A stretch of 54,085 nucleotides of DNA, counting the filler, from Porpidia crustulata (lineage: Eukaryota), in assembly GCA_964255105.1 (NCBI GenBank). It is 2 parts of 2 records of this genome, joined end to end, with 100 filler letters (N's around TTAATTAATTAA, not from the genome) between each part and the next. Parts side by side here need not be neighbours in the genome. Positions count along the whole stretch, not along the records: positions 27,109 to 54,085 come from CAXUWE010000034.1; 1 more part is not named here. One strand, 5' to 3'. The notes below the pieces were generated by a model. That model was given only the letters and a program-made list of their open reading frames with translations, did not search any database and was not told the DNA's origin. Below are positions 47,814-54,085 of this stretch, one piece after another. The translations under genes were made by a program, and so were the position numbers. Numbering within the stretch: the first letter of the stretch is position 1; every line of letters begins with the position of its first letter.

Positions 47814-50800
47814 ATGGCACGCAAAGCCCGGCAGCGCATAAGCTACGGTGAGTGGCATCGACCTCCAATGGTCCCCCGCTTAGTCAGAAAGCACCTGTGT
47901 TGAATCGAGATTCTTTAGTCTTACCACTTGCAAATTCCCCAGGAGGGCACCGCCTTGGTGTGAATGGACTCGCAGTTGATGCAGACCGCTCGATCTTGTT
48001 CGTGAAACCTATTGATTTGAGTCTGGCCTTCATTCTGATTCGACACAGATACTCTGGTGGTCGAGATGGTCTTATATGTGCCTGGGATCTCGACCTAAAA
48101 CTCCGTAAAGATCTAACAGCTAAATCCGACTCATCATCGCTTCTTTCATCTACTGCTAGCTCGCTGACGAAGACCACTCAAGCCACTGCGTTTCGCAACC
48201 AGGTTCAGGCACACACTCACTGGGTGAATGATATTATACTCACTCACAATAATTCAGCACTAGTCTCAGCTTCTTCTGATATCACCGTGAAACTGTGGCG
48301 CCCGGAAGCCGAAGATCATCATGCTCCTGAGACCATAGGATTACATTCCGACTACGTGAAGTGTCTCGCAAGTCCAGGGCCATACTCGGACTGGGTTGCA
48401 ACAGGCGGCCTAGACCATAAAATATGTATCTGGGACCTAAATGGCGCGGGCGAGAAATTACACATCGACGTTGGGGAAGATGAAAAGAGCGCCAAGGGTT
48501 CGGTTTATGCCTTGAGTGTACGGGGGTCTATCATGGCTAGTGGAGGACCTGAGAGCATTGTTAGACTATGGGATCCAAGAACTGGCAAAAGAATTACGAG
48601 TTTCGTTGGACATACTGATAACGTGCGAGACATTCTAATCAACCAGGATGGCGATAAGATCATGACAGCTTCGTCAGATCAGACCGTTAAAGTCTGGTCA
48701 ATGACTGCTGGCAGATGCATGAGTACCCTCACAATGCACAACGACAGCGTTTGGTCGCTTTATTCAGATGATCCCCAGTTATCCGTCTTTTACTCTAGTG
48801 ACAGGTCAGGCCTTGTTGCGAAAACCGATGTTCGCGGATGCACGGATATGGATGATGGATTGTCCTTGGCTGTCGCACAGGAACACGAAGGGGTCAGTGA
48901 GCTAGTAGTTTCAGGAAACTGGATCTGGACAGCAACATCGAGTTCAAGTATTAATCGGTGGAGCGATATTGACACTACAGATGAAATTGAATTTCAAGAG
49001 TCAAATGAGCGAAGTCGAAGCTTTGTAACCTCCCAATCGAAAAGCCTCTCACACTCTTTCACAGCTTCTATTGATCCTAAAGACAGTACACGAAAAAAGC
49101 GACTACCCCTAAGTTGCGCCTTGAGAATTTCCAATAATGCAATGTTTCCAGGAGAAGCAAGGAGAGATGCCGATGCTGCACCTCTTTACAATGCAAGTCT
49201 CAGGAAACCCTCTGAAAATCTGGCGGAGCAAGAGAGCGGAACAAATATGGCGTTCCATGATCTACCTGCAGAGACTATTGAAGGTCAGAATGGATTGATC
49301 AAGCACGTTATGCTGAACGATAGGAAACGAGTTTTAACCTTGGATACTGCGGGCGAGGTCATGATGTGGGATCTCCTCAAGGTTGGTAGCCCGTAGTGAT
49401 GCAAGACCTTAAGGCTGACTTATTGCAAGTGTGTCCCAATTCAGTCCTTCGGTAAACGGCATCTTGAAGATGTTACGCCTGAAGTCAACACTACCGAGAG
49501 TGTTGCTAATTGGTGCGGCGTGGACACAAGAACTGGACGCTTGGCGTGTATCCTCGAGGAGAATTACTGCTTTGATGCGGAGATGTATATGGATGAACTT
49601 GATATAAAAGATGACGAGGTGTACCGGGATGACCAGAGGGGTAAGTACACTGTGTAATTGAATTGTCGGATCTTGTGCATTGCCCTTTTGCTGCTGGTAC
49701 AGTCTGCCGTAAAATTTGGGACTACTCGCTAACAGATACTGTAGTAAACTTTGGGAAATGGATTCTACGCTACCTTTTCGCCAATCTCATAGATGTAGAA
49801 GCTGGACGTGACGCAGTCGTCAGGCAAAACTTGGTGTCGACCTCACAGCCATCTACCGGGCTACATAGAGAAAACGCACCTCCTTTGATACATTTACCTC
49901 GTTCTTCAATGCAATCATGGACAAACGGGGCATATAACGATGATTCTTCGATAACGCCCCGCCCCATGAACGGTAATTTGTTTCCCGCCATGACCCCGGG
50001 GCTTTCCATTGGCGTAGCAACGCCCTATATCAGCGCTACAAACTTTGTCTCGCCTGTGCAAGGCCATTTGCCAAGAACGTCTGAAGAGGGCTCAGACCTT
50101 GATAAGCGTTTTTCACGTCAAAGTCAGCCCAATAATTCGACAGAAAGGTCAAGAGATTATTTCTCTCCGCTTTCAAATCCCCAAAGTCCCACCGACACCC
50201 AAACCAAAGCTCCTTCCACGCCCGGAGATGGTTCATCCGAAACGGCCTCACAGACCATCCTCGACGATGAAAAGAGAACAGCGGAGGATGAGAAAAAAGA
50301 GAAGCCTAAAAATATCAGCTCACTCTTCGACAAGAAGTTCCGTATGACTTTTCCTAAGCTGGGAAGGACATCCGCGGAAACCAAACCTGTTATCGTTGAC
50401 GAAAGGGCAGATGAATCCGATAAATCAGAAGAGAAGGAGGAGAAGACATTCGAAGAAAACTTCTTTGGGACGATCCAAAGAATCCGGCATGGTTACGAGG
50501 AACACTATCATTCAAAATCCTTGGATACTCTTCAATCTGGCATCAAAACAAGCCTCCCCAATGAGACACCTTTGCTTAGCCTCCCACAGTCGACGACTAT
50601 CATCATTCAAGAGGAACGCCCAGACTCCGGCGGTGTAGCCGATCTATACCGCGGAACTGTAAGCTCAGTTGGTGTGGATGCCGACTTGGTCGAGAAGGCA
50701 GGGCCAAGATGGCTAGGGGATCTACTGTTACTGGTAGATCAATTCATCTCTCAACAGCAAATTCCAGCTAATGCTTCCAGAACCAATTACCGTCTAAGGA

Positions 50801-51308
50801 GATTCAAAAGGTCTCATTTGTTTTGCTCCCTTACCAAGACCAGCTTCCTAGCATCGCCGGTGCAGATGGGTGAGATTGCTAAATTTCAAAATGAACAGCT
50901 ATAAGTCGTACTAATTAAGGACTAGAAATTCCCGACTGAACGCTAATCGGATGCTTCGAGCGAAGAAAATATGTGCATATGTCGCAGATCGTATAGAGCC
51001 AAAAATAGAAGGAAACGATAGTGGAACGGTTCTGGGTCCTGAAGAATACCTAGAACTTTACTGTCAGAACCAGGTATGCTCTCCTATCCCTTTCAATCGT
51101 ATAATATCTGAAGCTGAGATTCTGCCAGCTCGTTCCGAACACAATGACCCTTGCGACTCTACGAGCTACTTTATGGAAGACTGGAGGAGATGTAATTCTA
51201 TACTACAAATCGAATGGAAAACAAGAGAGCTTAGAAAAGCTCATATGTACAGAGGTAAATGGAGACATGCCCAAGATTAACGGCACCTTTGCCACGGCTA
51301 TATTATAG
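47814..51308 (+). CDS. WD40 deubiquitinase cofactor WDR48/UAF1/Duf1 (8 exons)
   Basis: [92 protein letters not shown]. Introns 47848-47918, 47998-48048, 49382-49429, 49641-49744, 50734-50780, 50870-50925, 51074-51128. Confidence 0.9.
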
Positions 51309-51481
51309 ATACCCATGTTCGTCGAATTCTTGCATGTAATAAATACCACATAGTCTGCCTGTCTGATCAATGTCAGAATTTCTCCTTTTACCGGGTACAA
51401 GCTTAGCTCGTTCTTGATGAATCTGCACCTAACTAGTAGGTAGTTAATGTGCTGGAGATTGGTTCAATCACATGTGTCTGA

Positions 51482-52357
51482 TCATAATCTCTTATTAAAA
51501 GCATTATATGCCCATTGATAACTACCTAGGAATATAGCCCCCCCTGCTGAAATCCAGACAATCCTAGGTCCTACACCGGCAAAAAAAGCCCTCGGACCAG
51601 ACTGCTTGAGTATGCCCATCAATAGCGGCACCATGGCCTGTCTTTCCCTTGCCAACATCATCCTCGTCTTCAATACGTCCAAAGGCGTGGTGACACCTGC
51701 CGCAATTGCCCCTGCCACGCTCCCAAAAAGTGCGCTCTCTACCGCCGTGATCTCCTCCTTGCCTTTAGTCCTTCTCCGCCACTCCTTCATGCCCTCCCAA
51801 AGTGGAAATTGTATGACCGTAAATGGTACCTCGCGCATCACTGTAATGCTCCATCCTCTGTACATTTCTCTCCACACGCCCGTCAACCCCACTGCGCTTC
51901 GCCTCGACAGTATTGCTCTCAAGGCAGCCATAGAGCTAGCCTCCTGCAAGGCTTGCGCTCTCTGCTTTACCACCTCCGTGGGCACCCTCACCGCACAGGC
52001 CGCTACCTCCCCCACACTCGCTGCGACCATGTGTTCCAGTGGTTCGCTCCAGTTCCCGAGTCTAGGTGCCCCTCTTACCGTTCTGTCTTTCACACCAGTA
52101 TCTCGGCTTTCTTTAAACAACACCTTGATCGATTCATAGGATACGAAGAAAAGAGCAGCGCCTGGGGCGGAGCCGATCAAAGCTGATCCGACGCCGGCGT
52201 AAATACCACGGAATCCACCCGAGGGGTAGAAACCGTTGGATGATTGAAGGCGGGTTTTAAGGGTATCGATAGGGTAAAGAGAGAGGTCGACGGTTGTGCC
52301 GGCAAAGCCACCGGCGATGAGGGCACGGGTGAAGGGGGAGTCGACTGTGACTGTCAT
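51482..52357 (-). CDS. PET8: Mitochondrial S-adenosylmethionine carrier (SLC25A26/Pet8/Sam5), intronless
   Basis: Three carrier signatures (PIDTLKTR, PTEVVKQR, PLDVLKTR) and SAM-carrier-type GSAPGAALFF..YE, MREVPF..IQFPLWE, ISAGGAIFLG.Y. Confidence 0.93.
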   Translation of the reverse strand: MTVTVDSPFTRALIAGGFAGTTVDLSLYPIDTLKTRLQSSNGFYPSGGFRGIYAGVGSALIGSAPGAALFFVSYESIKVLFKESRDTGVKDRTVRGAPRLGNWSEPLEHMVAASVGEVAACAVRVPTEVVKQRAQALQEASSMAALRAILSRRSAVGLTGVWREMYRGWSITVMREVPFTVIQFPLWEGMKEWRRRTKGKEEITAVESALFGSVAGAIAAGVTTPLDVLKTRMMLARERQAMVPLLMGILKQSGPRAFFAGVGPRIVWISAGGAIFLGSYQWAYNAFNKRL

Positions 52358-52594
52358 TTGTTCAGCGCGTTACCATGCTAGAGACTTGAATTGAGGATTG
52401 TCCTAGTCAAGAAAATACAAGTAGAGTCAACAATATACTTTGAGCGGAAATATCTAATTTGACGAGGCACTTCAATATATCTAGAGTTGTGCAGGGATGT
52501 CTGACAGCCCTATCGAAGCTACTCAAAGCTTCGGCAAGCTTCACCTCACTCACTCTTTGCCCAGTATCTATACAATAACATTGCAGGCAATTGG
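52358..52594. promoter_or_regulatory. Probable bidirectional promoter, PET8 / TilS-like
   Basis: 237 bp between divergent start codons. Promoter function is inferred from geometry only. Confidence 0.5.
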
Positions 52595-54085
52595 ATGTTG
52601 CCCCGTGTGGGCAGAGCATATGTCGCACTTGGTGCCATTAGATATGAGGAGTTTTGGAAGGCCACGCGTGGCTTATACCGTCGAAGGAAAACGCAAGAGG
52701 GCGATAAGAAAGAAAGAATTGGTATGTTGGGATGAAGGTCTTATTGCACTTGTGAATGACCATGAGAAGGAATTGCGGTTAGCGGTGGACTGGACTCTAT
52801 GGCACTTGCGCGACTGTGCGTAGGTCCGAAGGGCAAGTACGGACGATGGGCTGATTTTCATGCCTTCATTGTTGATCATCAAGCCCGGCCGGGCAGCGCA
52901 GAAGAAGCGAAGCTCACTGCATCCCGGTTAGAAAAACTTGGCATGTCCATCGACGTGGTTAGCCTCTCCATGCTGACATTCACAGAGCTTGAGTCAACCA
53001 TCCTAACATTACAATGGCCCTCCGGGAGTGCTCAAGTAGAGAGACCAAATTTCGAGTCAATGGCACGGCGGCTACGTTATCAAGCCTTAGGAATAGCTTG
53101 TCGGAATAGAAGGATCGAGGCCCTCTTGGTGGCCCACCATAATGATGACCAGGCTGAAACTGTAATTCTGCGGCTTGCCCGCGGCCAATGTGGTGTGGCA
53201 CTGAAGGGAATACAGGCCTCAACTGAGATACCTGAGTGCTGGGGCCTCCATGGAGTTCACGAGAGCGGGTTCCACGAAGAAGCCCCCTCGAAACTCTCTC
53301 TTGCCACTCCTAGCTATCACGATGAGGAGCAAGCATGCAACATGGCCCCAACTGACACTGACGACTCAGCCGCGCCCACTATCGACTTTGAGGCTGGAGG
53401 GGTCAGAATCTACAGGCCTTTACTGAGGTTTAGCAAGAAAAGGCTTGAAAAAACCTGCCAACGCCTATGGACTCCGTGGACAGAGGACGAAACAAACCAA
53501 GACGCCAGCAGAACGCCTCGCAATGCTGTCCGGCAGCTGCTGAACAGCGGCAAGCTACCAAGAGCACTTCAGAGGCTATCGCTTTTAGCTCTTGCAGAGC
53601 GCATGCACCGAAGATCTTTACACCACAATAAGGTTGCAGAAAGAATGTTTCGGACAATCCAAGTCTTGATCTTTGATATCCGGACAGGGGTAATGATAGT
53701 GAGAATGCCAGATCGCGTTGTGCCGGCCAAGGGTATTCCAGTCAGGTTCACCATGAAAGAACTCGATAACTACAGATCCAAAGCCAGCCGCTTCCTCCGG
53801 CGTATCATGGAATTTGTCAGCCCAGAAGAAACGATATCCCTCGAGCGACTCGAATTCGCCGTCAAGTCCATGTTTCCCGAGCTTGAGGACCTGGAAGCAA
53901 CGGCAGTAGACAAACGGCTCCAAGCTTCCACCTTTACCGCCGGAGGCGTCTTGTTCAAGCGCATCGACTCCCCAATGGAAAAGCCCGACTACCCCGAAGT
54001 CCCTGAACCAGAAAATACCCTCGATCCGGATTTCATCTGGGTCCTATCTCGCCAACCCCCCGCCAAATCCCCTACTCTCCTGATT
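52595..54085 (+). CDS. tRNA(Ile)-lysidine synthase-like (TilS, PP-loop) protein; truncated at the window end (exons 52595-52721, 52770-52940, 52986->end)
   Basis: Manual translation: MLPRVGRAY..., RIGIAVSGGLDSMALA (PP-loop), FIVDH.ARPGSAEEA, FESMARRLRY, AHHNDDQAET, RPLL, WTEDETN, RNAVR. The frame stays open to 54085, which is why the ORF track lacks it. Confidence 0.88.

Noticed and set aside
49641..49744. 104-nt WDR48 intron as a possible nested twin intron (stwintron)
   Set aside because: No internal branch-plus-acceptor followed by a reconstituted donor; single-step splicing gives the correct frame.
51482..51496. PET8 C-terminus ...NKRL as a peroxisomal PTS1
   Set aside because: KRL lacks the small first residue of the canonical PTS1, and the protein is a membrane carrier.
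52497..52823. 108-aa + strand ORF as the start of the last gene
   Set aside because: Wrong frame; the TilS-like coding frame starts at 52595 and reaches the SGGLDS motif through intron 52722-52769.
1..54085. A novel multi-gene system (biosynthetic cluster, Starship-type element, defence or CRISPR locus)
   Set aside because: All identifiable genes are unrelated conserved eukaryotic functions; I recognised no backbone synthase, recombinase, transposase or spaced repeat array.

Overview
Gene-dense genomic DNA from a filamentous ascomycete (Pezizomycotina-type short spliceosomal introns with GTAAGT/GTATGT donors, CTRAC/CTAAT branch sites and YAG acceptors). I could build spliced models for 17 protein-coding genes, nearly all housekeeping. 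In order: a WSC-domain protein, an NDR-family kinase, an Hst2-type sirtuin, COG4, SUA5, RQC2/NEMF, a Gal80-like oxidoreductase, RAD21, PMR1, a STIMATE/YPL162C-type membrane protein, cytoplasmic dynein heavy chain, SVF1, mitochondrial uL11m, a SAT4/HAL4 kinase, WDR48/UAF1, PET8, and a TilS-like PP-loop gene that runs off the right edge and is absent from the ORF track. A 100-bp artificial spacer (N44-TTAATTAATTAA-N44) at 27009-27108 splits the window, so linkage across it is unproven. I found no tRNA, rRNA, CRISPR array, intact transposon or biosynthetic cluster, and no convincing new multi-gene system. The best leads are smaller. Up to three of about 35 introns appear to be GC-AG. Several introns are 3n and stop-free. 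A cluster of hairpins sits in the RAD21-PMR1 divergent promoter, and a degenerate inverted-repeat element lies at the left end. SUA5 may have a non-AUG N-terminal extension. Repeated C-to-G strand-skew switches occur inside genes. Gene identities come from recognising motifs by eye, not from database searches.
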